A DNA stretch of 33,239 bases. It comes from an uncultured bacterium (GTDB lineage: Bacteria; Planctomycetota; PUPC01; DSUN01). The translations under genes were made by a program, and so were the position numbers. Numbering within the stretch: the first letter of the stretch is position 1; every line of letters starts with the position of its first letter. The stretch spans positions 1 through 33,239 of the forward strand of contig CBFDBL010000003.1 in the NCBI GenBank assembly GCA_965603035.1, given 5' to 3'. Under the pieces are notes generated by a model. It searched no databases, was not told the origin of the DNA, and saw nothing but the letters and a program-made list of their open reading frames with translations. Shown in pieces: positions 9,060 through 17,500 of the stretch.

Positions 9060-9501
9060 TGGCGAAGCCGATGCGGTCGGAGTAGTAGGGGCCGAACGAC
9101 GCCTGGACGGTGTAGGTCGCGGGCTCGTCGGGCAGGTCGAAGAACTTGGCGAGATCGACCCTGAACTGGCCGGCCTCGCGGTAGGTGTCGCTGGGCGGGC
9201 CGGCGGGCGCGGGCGGCGCCGACGTGGTCGTCGGCGTGACGAGCCGCTCCGTCGCGCCGAAGACCCGGTCGGTGCGCAGGAGGGTGAGCAGGACGCCCGT
9301 GCTGGGCATGCTGTCGCAGATGGCCAGCAGCTCGCTGTCGGCCTGGTAGCCGCCGTGGAGCACGACGGGCTCGCCGACGGGGAACTGGGCCTGGCCGGCG
9401 GCGGCGAAGGCGATCTCGACCCCTGCGTCGCGGACCTCGGGGGCGTGGGGGTTGTCGCCGAGCTCGACCAGGGCGTTGCGCTCCTCGATCATCCGGGCCA
9501 T
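9046..9501 (-). CDS. Hypothetical protein, candidate immunity protein
   Basis: 151 aa with GGAGG RBS, directly downstream of the metallopeptidase gene; beta-rich C-terminus GQFRVDLAKFFDLPDEPATYTVQASFGPYYS. Immunity role is inferred from position. Confidence 0.7.
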   Translation of the reverse strand: MARMIEERNALVELGDNPHAPEVRDAGVEIAFAAAGQAQFPVGEPVVLHGGYQADSELLAICDSMPSTGVLLTLLRTDRVFGATERLVTPTTTSAPPAPAGPPSDTYREAGQFRVDLAKFFDLPDEPATYTVQASFGPYYSDRIGFAIIPR

Positions 9502-9523
9502 CGCTCATCCTCCAGGCGGGGCC

Positions 9524-11284
9524 TCAAGGCGTCCAGTGCGCCATGGAGCCGCGGGCGTAGTCCTGGCGCCGCAGCGCGTCGTGGCAGCCGGCGCCGCCGT
9601 CGAGATGGAACGTCGTCGCGCGGGTCGTGGACGACGCATAGTACATGGTGCAGTCGGCCGGCGGCTTCACGCAGTGGTTGCTGTGGGACGGGTCGAGCCA
9701 GGCGTTGTGCGCGTTGGCCGGCGACGGCGTCATGTTCACCAGCCCGAGCGCGTGGCCCCCCTCGTGCACCAGGTCGCTGCGCTGCACCAGGTTCACGTCG
9801 CCGGCGGCGAACCAGTCGCGGCACGTGCCCGTGCACAGGTAGATGCTCGTGCTGCCGCCGCCCCAGCCGAGCGCCACGGTGTCGAACTTCTTGACCCGCA
9901 GCTCGAACTCCACGGGCATCGTGCTCGACGGGGTGACGGGGCCGGCCGAGAAGTCGATCCGGATCTGCTTGAAGCCGGTGCGGGTGGCGTGGGCGACGAG
10001 GCTGAGCTTGCCGTCGGGGATGTCCTGCCAGTTGTGCGAGCACTGGTGGGAGCGCTGGCTGTGGCCGGGGCAGTTGCGCTCGCCGCAGTTCCAGCTCGTG
10101 CCGGAGGACGCCGCGCACTGGTGCGACCTGGCCGAGTGGCCTGGGCAGGGGGGCTGGGTGCGGCCGCAGTGCCACACGCCCTCCTCGCAGCGGTGGGCCT
10201 TGGCCGAGTGCCCGGGGCAGTCGCGCGCGCCGCAGTTCCAACTGGTGCCGGAGCTGGCGGCGCACGAGTGGCTGCGCGAGCTGTGGCCTGGGCAGGCGGG
10301 CTGGGTGCGCCGGCAGTGCCACACCTGGGCGCCCGTGGGGCGGAAGCGGGCGCGCACCTTCCACGGGTGGGTGGCGGTCCCGCGGTTCCACAGGAAATGG
10401 TAGTTGGACGTCGTGTAGACGGGGGCCGTCATGGTGTCGGAGATGTTGGCCTCGGTCGGGTTGTAGGCGAAGTCGATGGTGACGACGTGGAGCTTGAAGG
10501 GCACGCGGTCGTTGTTGACGAAGTGGGGGCTCGCGATGGCGGCGCGCTCGGCGTCGGTGGGCGCGTTGGCGACGTGGTTGGCCTGGGTGCGGGGGCCTTG
10601 CTCCTCGAAGCGCATGAAGACGGTCTCGTAGCCGGCCTCGAAGGCGCTCGAGACGTCGGCCGGCAGGCCCAACAGGTTCCCGTCCTCGCCGGTCATCTCG
10701 GTGACCTGGTACCAGAACTTGCGCCACACGGTGTACGGCCCCGCGCTCTGGCCGCCGGTGTAGCTCGAGGCCTCGGTCGCCGAGAGGGTGAACTGGTCGC
10801 CGCCGTAGAGCGAGAGGTGGAAGTCGACGACCGACGTCCAGCCGTCGGTGTCGGTCCCCGCCGTCGTGCGCAGGGTGTTCGAGCCGGCGACGTTGAACCC
10901 TGGGGGCTCGGAGCCGGTGAGGCCCGCCTTGTTGCTGCCGCCGGCGGTGGCGTACCAGTAGACGGTCTTGCCGGCCAGCGAGCGGGTGGGGTCGCCGCTG
11001 ACCCACGCGATGCGCGCCTTGAGGTGGATGACGCGGCCGAAGTCGGGGTGGGCGGTGGCCGTGTCCACCCGGTTGTCGAGGTTGATGTACTGCTCGCGGC
11101 TCGGCGGGGCCTGGGTCGTCGTCGTGGTGCCGTGGGTCACGACCTCGACGAGCTCGACCACGCGGACCTGGCTCTCGGCCAGAGGACACGTCTCCGCGGC
11201 GGCGCCGACCTCGCCGTCGCCGCCGGGACCCGCGCCCAAGGCCTCCGCGAGGGCGTCGGAGTCTGTCCCTCCGTCATCGGGCAT
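9524..11284 (-). CDS. Putative zinc metallopeptidase (HExxHxxG) with internal Cys/His-rich repeats; candidate secreted effector
   Basis: DLVHEGGHALGL followed by HSNHC...CTMY (possible third ligand and Met-turn). Acidic N-terminus ends in ETCPL; no signal peptide. Start at ATG 11284 overlaps the upstream gene's 3' end. Confidence 0.75.
   Translation of the reverse strand: MPDDGGTDSDALAEALGAGPGGDGEVGAAAETCPLAESQVRVVELVEVVTHGTTTTTQAPPSREQYINLDNRVDTATAHPDFGRVIHLKARIAWVSGDPTRSLAGKTVYWYATAGGSNKAGLTGSEPPGFNVAGSNTLRTTAGTDTDGWTSVVDFHLSLYGGDQFTLSATEASSYTGGQSAGPYTVWRKFWYQVTEMTGEDGNLLGLPADVSSAFEAGYETVFMRFEEQGPRTQANHVANAPTDAERAAIASPHFVNNDRVPFKLHVVTIDFAYNPTEANISDTMTAPVYTTSNYHFLWNRGTATHPWKVRARFRPTGAQVWHCRRTQPACPGHSSRSHSCAASSGTSWNCGARDCPGHSAKAHRCEEGVWHCGRTQPPCPGHSARSHQCAASSGTSWNCGERNCPGHSQRSHQCSHNWQDIPDGKLSLVAHATRTGFKQIRIDFSAGPVTPSSTMPVEFELRVKKFDTVALGWGGGSTSIYLCTGTCRDWFAAGDVNLVQRSDLVHEGGHALGLVNMTPSPANAHNAWLDPSHSNHCVKPPADCTMYYASSTTRATTFHLDGGAGCHDALRRQDYARGSMAHWTP
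10031..10324 (-). repeat. Tandem 2 x 147 bp (49 aa) repeat holding four W-x-C-x(4-6)-CPGHS-x3-H-x-C units
   Basis: VWHCRRTQPACPGHSSRSHSCAASSGTSWNCGARDCPGHSAKAHRCEEG versus VWHCGRTQPPCPGHSARSHQCAASSGTSWNCGERNCPGHSQRSHQCSHN. Confidence 0.9.
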
Positions 11285-11648
11285 GGTTCGTACCCCGATC
11301 TGACCTCTGCTCGAGCGCCGCGTCACCCAGACCCTCGACACGCTCGCGAGGCGTGCCGATCGTCTCGTCGGTGAGCACCGCGGCCGCCCACGGACACTGC
11401 GGGTCGGTGTCGAAGTCGCGCCCGAACGCGAACTGCACGTCGATGTACTTGCTCACGTCGCGCTCGGCCACGATCCCGTAGGCCCCCGCCCGCTCGATCC
11501 CGTGGTCCACCCACTCGCGCACGCCGTCCTCGCCCAGGCGCTCGCACCGCTCGGGGAAGAAGCGCTCGACGTGGGCGACCGTGGAGCTCACGAAGCGGTC
11601 CCGCATGTACGCCTCGAGGGCCTGCATCTGTTCCCTGCGGATGATCAT
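11274..11648 (-). CDS. Hypothetical protein resembling small proteins found with DUF4123 adaptors in T6SS effector loci
   Basis: MIIRREQMQAL...HVERFFPERC..LG...GIERAGAYGI..ERDVSKYI...FGRDFDTDPQCPWA pattern; family association recalled from memory, not searched. Confidence 0.7.
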   Translation of the reverse strand: MIIRREQMQALEAYMRDRFVSSTVAHVERFFPERCERLGEDGVREWVDHGIERAGAYGIVAERDVSKYIDVQFAFGRDFDTDPQCPWAAAVLTDETIGTPRERVEGLGDAALEQRSDRGTNHAR

Positions 11649-11690
11649 GGCCGGCCTCTTCCCATCGACGGAGAACGGGCCTCGACTCCC

Positions 11691-11719
11691 CTTGTACCCG
11701 GTCCCCTGCCCCGTGTCAA
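11691..11719 (-). promoter_or_regulatory. Sigma70-type promoter of the three-gene cassette
   Basis: Minus strand TTGACA-N17-TACAAG, ~43 nt upstream of ATG 11648. Confidence 0.6.
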
Positions 11720-11775
11720 TGCGCCCGTCGCGGCATTCGGCGACGCACCGACGGGGGAATCGCCCCTGACGGGGC

Positions 11776-14700
11776 TCACTCGAAGGCCAGCTCGCCCCAG
11801 TGCTCGGGGGTGAGCCAGGCCTCGCTGGGCAGGTCGCTCACGAGGCTGGTGTGGGGGTTGGCCCAGTAGGTGCGGGCGACGTTGATGGTGCCCTGAGCGT
11901 CGGAGGAGATGAAGCCGACGTCGCCGCGAATCGTCAGGCCCGCCTTGGGCGTCAGGCCGATGGCCTCGAGCGGGAGCGCGACCTCGACGGTGTAGCGGCC
12001 GTCGCCCCGCTTGACCGCGACCTGCGCGCCGGCCAACACCTCGACGCGGTCGAAGACGCGCGTGCCGACGGGCGACCAGTACACGACCCTCGCCGTGGCC
12101 GGCGCGCCCGGCTCGACGGGCCGCATGAGCACGGCCGTGGGCTTGCCCGCGACCTCGGCGACCAGGATGCGCACGTCGCTGGGCAGCAGGCTCCGCCCTT
12201 TCCTCTTGGCCTTGGGCTCGACGTTGAGCTGGAGGTCCACCGCGTCGCCGGCTTTGAACGCGCGCGTCAGGTCCTTGCCGGCGTTGCGCCAGGGCGAGGG
12301 GTCGGTGACCTCGAAGAAGGCGTAGAGGCGTGCGGCGTCCCAGGCGAGTCGCACCTGCGCGCGCTCGGGCGAGCCGGCCCGCTCGACGCGGACGGCGCGG
12401 ATGCCGCGCCAGTCGTCGAGCTTGCAGTCGGGCTTGAAGGGCCTGGCGAGCTTCGCCACGGTCCAGGACTTCGGTTTCGCGGCGGCTGCGGCGCGTGCCT
12501 GGTTCTCGCGGTCGGCGCGCACGATCGTCGCCTGGTCGAGGGTGACCGACGGGCCGTCGAAGCGGCGGACGCTGTCGAGCCCGTGCACCTGGAGGATCAT
12601 GCAGGCCTGGCGCGCGAAGCCCGTGGTCGTGCGGATCACGCCGTCGGATTGCTTGCCGAACCAGCCGTTGAAGGGCTCGCTGCCGTTGCTGAAGCCCTCC
12701 ATGGGGGTCTTCAGCAGCGTCGCTTCCTCGGTCGGGAGCGTCTCGCCCGGCAGCCGCCCGTCCTGGAACAGCGCGCCGACGAACAGGCCGTCGGTCGTCA
12801 TGAAGAAGTCCTGCCCCAGGTTCCCCCGCATCATGAACACGCGGCCCACGGGCTTGCCCATATCGACCACGCCTGCGATCTTCAGCGGCCCGATCAGCAG
12901 CCCCGGGCTCGGCATCGGCGCGCGGTGCGAGCCGTGCACGCCGGGGTAGAGGTTCGGATACGACCAGAGCAGCTTGCCCGTGCGAGCATCGACGCCGAGC
13001 ATGCCCGTCGTGCGGCCGCCGTAGCCCTTGAAGCTCAGGCACAGGAGCAGGTGCTCGTCGGGCACGGGCACCAGGTCGCCGCGCTCGTCGAGGGGCAGCT
13101 TCTCCATGCCTTTCGGGCCGTAGACGGGCGCGCCGTCGTCGGTGAAGCGCAGCGGGCGGTGGCGGACGATGCCGTCGGTAAAGAAGACGAGGTCGGGGCC
13201 GATTCGCCCTCCCCAGCCGCTGCGGAGCGGGAAGGGGCCTTCGCCGCGCTTCTGGCGCTCGTCGGTCTTCTTTTTCGCAGGGACGATGACGCACTCGGCG
13301 CGCTGCGGGATGCCGTCGCCGTTGGCGTCGTTCCAGAAGACGCCGTCATAGGCGTCGAGGCCGGCGAACTCGCCCGACGGCGTCTCCTCGACGATGCTGT
13401 GGTGGGTGATGCGGCCACTGATGTGCCCGACGTAGCAGACGGCAGCGACCGGCTGCCAGCCGCCCTTCCGCTTCATGTACACGACGTGGCCGCTCTGCGC
13501 GTCGTAGGGGTGGTGGAAGAGGTACTCGCGGGGCTTGCCGCTCGCGTCGCTGGTGAACCGCTGCGCGAGCGCCGCGCCCATGGCGACGGGGAAGGACTCA
13601 CCCTTCTCCTTGTCGGGCAGCCAGAGGATCTGGCTGACCTTCCACGAGCGGGCCTTCTTGTCGAGCTGGATCTCGATGGGACCCACATAGCCGAGGGTGG
13701 GGTCCTGGTTGTGGAGGGTGCAGCCGGTGCCGGCGTAGCCGGTGTTGCCGATGTAGTCGCGCACCAGCTTCCCGTCGCGCCCCCACACCGAGACGCGGCG
13801 CGGGTAGTCCCAGCTCTCGACGGCCCAGACGTGTCCCTTGCTGTCCACGGCGATGGAGCTCACGCGGCTCATCGCCTGGGGGTCGAAGGCGCCTCGAAGC
13901 AGCCGCCCGCCCTTGCGGCCACAGGTGTAGGCCAGGGCGAGCCGCGTCTTCGAGCGGCCGAAGAGCCGCCGCGCGGGGCGATATGCCTTGACCTGGCTGT
14001 CCGGCCCCGTGTCCGCGACGAGGACATTGCCCTCGTTGTCTACTGCGATGGCGCCCGCTGTGCCGAGGCCGGGCGTGAGCAGCTCGGTTGCCCTGGGGCT
14101 CACCTCTGTCATGATTCGGTGGAGCTTCCCGCCGATGACGGCGTAGAGGCTGCCGTCGGGGCCATAGGCCAGCGCCGTCGGCGTCTCGATGTCGAAGACC
14201 TCGGTGACCAGCTTGGCGGATGCGGCATCCAGCGTCGCGATCTTCCCGTCGCTCAGCGCCAGGATGAGGCGCCCGCTGTGTGCGGCCATCGCGGTGACCT
14301 TGGCGGAGAAGTTCCCGCCCAGTATGTCCGTCAGCTTGAGCTCGAAGGGCCGCGGCTTGCCGCCGAGGACGAAGGGCTGGTAGCTGCCGTCGGTCTTGCC
14401 GAAGCGGCAGAGGACCGGCTCCTTGATGTGCCAGCCGGCGGGGATGGCGTAGACGAACTGCTCGTCGGCGGCGAGGACGCTGGCGCCGCGCTTCTCGCCC
14501 CACTTCTTGAGGCCGTCGGGGCCGATGCCGATAATGCCGCTGCCGCCCTCGGCGAAGCCCCAGCTCACGATCATCCACTCGCCGCTTCGCGCGACGCAGC
14601 AGGGATGCGCGTGGTCGGCGCCCCAGGCGCCGCTGCCGTCCTTGGTGCGCCAGGGCGGGGTGCCCGGGTTGTAGAAGCACATCTCGTAGCTGGCGCGGAG

Positions 14701-15780
14701 CCCGCCGCGGGTCAGGCCGCGCGTCTTGTACGTGCCCGGCTTCGCGAGGCGGCCCCAGTCGTCCAGGCAGTCCCACGCCACCTCGACGATGCGGCGGTCG
14801 CCCTGCATCTCGACCGTGTAGTCGGCGGGATCGAAGTCGCCGGCGAGGTTGCGGGCGCGCCGGCCCTCGGCGTCCTCGATGACGACGGTGAAGCGCGCCG
14901 CGTCCTTGGGGATGGCGACGCGGACGGGCACGGTGCCCTGGAGGCGGTCGGCGGCGGAAGCGTACTGGCGGGTGGGGACGCCGCCCTTCGCGACGAGGGT
15001 CGCGTCGCCCCAGGCCTTGACGGCGGTCCAGAAGAACTCGCGCGAGGTGTGGCCGGGCTGCATGTTGTCGGCGTAGCGGTGGACGGGCCACGTCTTGCCC
15101 GTGACGTCGCCCCACAGGAACTCCATTCCGAGCCGGAGCGTGAGGCCGGGCTTGACCTCGGGCACGGTCTGGTAGAGGAGCTTCCAGGGGATGCGGATCT
15201 CCTGGACGAAGCCCCGCTCGTCGGGGTCGGTGCGGTAGGCCATCTGGGCGCCCTGGCCGAGGTCGGTGCCGCCCGGCTTCGCGACCAGGACGGTCTCGTC
15301 CTGGCCCTTGCGCGAGTCGTTGTCGTCCCTCCAGTAGGCGAGGTGCATCACCGGCTGGTTCTTGGGGGTGAAGAGCCAGGTGGTGATCCACAGGCGGCGG
15401 TCGGTCGAGACGCGGAGCTGCCAGGAGTCGCTCTTCCAGCCGTCGCCGGGGTTGAAGGCGGGGTCGATCTGGCTGAAGGCGGGGGTGGGGTCCCTCCATT
15501 TCGCGGCGAGGTAGAGGTGCTGGGCGTCCCACATGGCGGCGGCCTCGACCGAGTAGCGGTCGCGGACCGCCTTGTCGGCGAAGCACCAGATGCGGCCCGA
15601 GAGGTCCCAGTCGCCCAGGTCGCCGTCGATGGCGACTCTCGCGGGTGCGGGCACGACGAGCAGGCCCTCGTTCTGGCTCTGCCGGCCGAGCATGTGGCTG
15701 CGCTCGGCGGCGCGCGTCGAAGCGGCCAGCACCGCGAGCGCGGCAAGGGCGAACTGGGCTGCCCGGGTCGTCATCGCCAT
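11776..15780 (-). CDS. Large secreted protein: CBM9-like domain, FlgD-like Ig domain, beta-propeller, CBM9-like domain
   Basis: Signal peptide MAMTTRAAQFALAALAVLAASTRA. CBM9-like motifs IDGDLGDW...AMWDAQHLY and DCKLDDW...LAWDAARLY. FlgD-Ig-like VVIEDAEGRRARNL...WDCLDDWGRLAKPGTY. NHL-like IAVDNEGNVLVAD and IAVDSKGHVWAVE. GGAGG upstream of ATG 15780. Confidence 0.8.
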   Translation of the reverse strand: MAMTTRAAQFALAALAVLAASTRAAERSHMLGRQSQNEGLLVVPAPARVAIDGDLGDWDLSGRIWCFADKAVRDRYSVEAAAMWDAQHLYLAAKWRDPTPAFSQIDPAFNPGDGWKSDSWQLRVSTDRRLWITTWLFTPKNQPVMHLAYWRDDNDSRKGQDETVLVAKPGGTDLGQGAQMAYRTDPDERGFVQEIRIPWKLLYQTVPEVKPGLTLRLGMEFLWGDVTGKTWPVHRYADNMQPGHTSREFFWTAVKAWGDATLVAKGGVPTRQYASAADRLQGTVPVRVAIPKDAARFTVVIEDAEGRRARNLAGDFDPADYTVEMQGDRRIVEVAWDCLDDWGRLAKPGTYKTRGLTRGGLRASYEMCFYNPGTPPWRTKDGSGAWGADHAHPCCVARSGEWMIVSWGFAEGGSGIIGIGPDGLKKWGEKRGASVLAADEQFVYAIPAGWHIKEPVLCRFGKTDGSYQPFVLGGKPRPFELKLTDILGGNFSAKVTAMAAHSGRLILALSDGKIATLDAASAKLVTEVFDIETPTALAYGPDGSLYAVIGGKLHRIMTEVSPRATELLTPGLGTAGAIAVDNEGNVLVADTGPDSQVKAYRPARRLFGRSKTRLALAYTCGRKGGRLLRGAFDPQAMSRVSSIAVDSKGHVWAVESWDYPRRVSVWGRDGKLVRDYIGNTGYAGTGCTLHNQDPTLGYVGPIEIQLDKKARSWKVSQILWLPDKEKGESFPVAMGAALAQRFTSDASGKPREYLFHHPYDAQSGHVVYMKRKGGWQPVAAVCYVGHISGRITHHSIVEETPSGEFAGLDAYDGVFWNDANGDGIPQRAECVIVPAKKKTDERQKRGEGPFPLRSGWGGRIGPDLVFFTDGIVRHRPLRFTDDGAPVYGPKGMEKLPLDERGDLVPVPDEHLLLCLSFKGYGGRTTGMLGVDARTGKLLWSYPNLYPGVHGSHRAPMPSPGLLIGPLKIAGVVDMGKPVGRVFMMRGNLGQDFFMTTDGLFVGALFQDGRLPGETLPTEEATLLKTPMEGFSNGSEPFNGWFGKQSDGVIRTTTGFARQACMILQVHGLDSVRRFDGPSVTLDQATIVRADRENQARAAAAAKPKSWTVAKLARPFKPDCKLDDWRGIRAVRVERAGSPERAQVRLAWDAARLYAFFEVTDPSPWRNAGKDLTRAFKAGDAVDLQLNVEPKAKRKGRSLLPSDVRILVAEVAGKPTAVLMRPVEPGAPATARVVYWSPVGTRVFDRVEVLAGAQVAVKRGDGRYTVEVALPLEAIGLTPKAGLTIRGDVGFISSDAQGTINVARTYWANPHTSLVSDLPSEAWLTPEHWGELAFE

Positions 15781-15820
15781 GGCTCGATCGCCTCCGTGCG
15801 GCTCTGTGGCGGCACGCGGG

Positions 15821-15849
15821 AGGGTACCACAGCCGCTGCCGGCGATCAA
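15821..15849 (-). promoter_or_regulatory. Sigma70-type promoter of the large secreted protein gene
   Basis: Minus strand TTGATC-N17-TACCCT with extended -10 TG. Confidence 0.45.
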
Positions 15850-15861
15850 GCGACAGGCGCC

Positions 15862-15890
15862 TTGGCACGAGCCAGCCGTTGTGCTAGAAT
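15862..15890 (+). promoter_or_regulatory. Sigma70-type promoter of the TIR-CHAT-Hsp70 cluster
   Basis: TTGGCA-N17-TAGAAT with extended -10 TG, 80 nt upstream of ATG 15971. Confidence 0.6.
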
Positions 15891-15970
15891 GCCGCTCCCC
15901 GCGGGAGGCGCGCGGCGGCGTGGCTGCCCGGGCGACGTTCAGTGGATCTCTGCGGGAAGGGTGCGGAGCC

Positions 15971-17500
15971 ATGGAGTCGGCGTCGTGCGACGTGTACCTG
16001 GCCTACGACCCGGGCGTGGCTGAGCGCGTGCGCCCGCTGGCCGAGGCGCTTCGGGCGCGGGGCATCTCGGTGTCGCCCGCCCAGGTCGCGGCGCCGGCGC
16101 GCTACGACGGCGGGCTGGCGGAGGAGATCCGTCGCTGCAAGGCGCTCGTCGTGGCGCTGACGCAGGACACCTGTGGGGGCAACTGGATCCGGCTCGACCT
16201 GAGCCTTGCCCTGGGCCTGGGCAAACCCGTCCTCGGCGTCGTGCTCGACCCCCCGCCGCACATCACCCTGCCCGGCGGCCTGTCGGCCGACGACTGCGTC
16301 TACTGGTCGGCCTCGGAGCAGGGGAGCAGCCTTGCGGTCGCGCAGGCCCTCGGCGAGCTGACCGGCGGGGCCGTGGGCGCGCCCGGGCACGCGCAGCCCG
16401 ACGAGCCGTCCGCTCGCACGGCGGCGCTGCCCTTCCGCGCCTACCGCAGCGACGACGGCCCCCAGGGGGAGATGAAGCCCTACATCTTCGTCAGCTACGC
16501 CCACCTCGACCGCGAGCAGGTCTATGCCGACATCGAGCGCCTCCACGACGAGGGCCATCGCATCTGGTACGACGAGGGCATTCGCGGGGGGGCCGACTGG
16601 GCCGACACGCTGGCCTGGGCCATCGAGAACGCCACCCAGTTCCTGCTGTTCCTCTCGCCGCGATCGATGGCATCGGAGAACGTGCTCGACGAGATCCATT
16701 GGGCGCGGGAGTCGCGGGTGCCGATCGTGCCCCTCTGGCTCGAGGCGGTGGCGCTGCCCAGGAGCCTGGGCTTCCGCCTGGGCCGGCAGCACGGCATCGA
16801 GAAGTTCCGGATGGAGCCCGACCAGTACCGCGATGCCCTTGACGATGCCCTGGAGCCAGCGACGCGCCGGGGCTCGGCGGCCGCGGCGCCAGCAAGGCCC
16901 GCCGCCGCCGAGGCCGAGCTCGAGCCCCGCGGCGGCGAGCTCGAGTTGTCGTACCTGCTGACCTACTCCGTGGACGGCGGCGAGTCGTGGCGGCCTCTCG
17001 ACCCCTCGGGGGGGCCATCGGTCGTCCCCGCCGACGCTTGGCTGCGGGCCATGGTCCGCTCCTCCGTCCCGTGCCGCGCCGCGCTGCTCGTCGAGACCGA
17101 CGAGCCTGGCCAGCCGAGCGCTCAGACGGCCGTGTTCTTCGCCGAGCCCAGGGACGTGCCCGGCCCGACGGCCGATTGGCGCCTCATCGCTCCCATGAAG
17201 TGGCACGCGATCCCCCGGAAGCAGGCTCTGTGGGAGAAGACCCCCTGGCAGGTGCGCTGCTGGCGGCTCGGCGTGCTGGCGCAGGCGAGCCCGGGCGCCG
17301 CGGTCGGGGAGCGGCTGCCCCGGGAGCCGGGGCTGGCCGTCGCGGCCGCGGGCCGGGCGGCGGCGCCCGTGCCGTGCGCGCTCGAGGCCATGGGCAGGAT
17401 CCAGCGCACGCGCTACAAGCTCCAGGGCGACAGGGTGCCCGTATCGGTCCTGCGCGGGGAAGGCGCGCTCGTGCACTGGGCGGAGGTCCGATTCGGATGA
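15971..17500 (+). CDS. Tandem TIR-domain protein (degenerate TIR, canonical TIR, C-terminal beta domain possibly DUF4384-like)
   Basis: TIR1: DVYLAY...LAEALRARGI...WIRLDL...GKPVLGV. TIR2: PYIFVSYAHLD...RIWYDEGI...FLSPRSMASENVLDEI...PIVPLWL. Start placed at ATG 15971 (509 aa), downstream of the promoter. Confidence 0.88.
   Translation: MESASCDVYLAYDPGVAERVRPLAEALRARGISVSPAQVAAPARYDGGLAEEIRRCKALVVALTQDTCGGNWIRLDLSLALGLGKPVLGVVLDPPPHITLPGGLSADDCVYWSASEQGSSLAVAQALGELTGGAVGAPGHAQPDEPSARTAALPFRAYRSDDGPQGEMKPYIFVSYAHLDREQVYADIERLHDEGHRIWYDEGIRGGADWADTLAWAIENATQFLLFLSPRSMASENVLDEIHWARESRVPIVPLWLEAVALPRSLGFRLGRQHGIEKFRMEPDQYRDALDDALEPATRRGSAAAAPARPAAAEAELEPRGGELELSYLLTYSVDGGESWRPLDPSGGPSVVPADAWLRAMVRSSVPCRAALLVETDEPGQPSAQTAVFFAEPRDVPGPTADWRLIAPMKWHAIPRKQALWEKTPWQVRCWRLGVLAQASPGAAVGERLPREPGLAVAAAGRAAAPVPCALEAMGRIQRTRYKLQGDRVPVSVLRGEGALVHWAEVRFG

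Noticed and set aside
10098-10108. 11-bp match (GTGCCGGAGGA) to the tRNA-Leu 3' end as a possible att site bounding an island
   Set aside because: Short, GC-rich and inside the coding repeat (SSGT codons); no integrase in the window.
10031-10324. Multiheme cytochrome or CRISPR interpretation of the Cys/His repeat
   Set aside because: No CxxCH motifs; the repeats are in-frame, degenerate and have no spacers.
13900-14340. Patch with more A/T-ending codons inside the large secreted gene
   Set aside because: Impression by eye only; the frame is intact and no boundaries or repeats support an insertion.
15862-15878. TTGGCACG as a sigma54 -24 box upstream of the TIR gene
   Set aside because: No TTGC at the required spacing; fits a sigma70 -35 box with TAGAAT 17 nt downstream.
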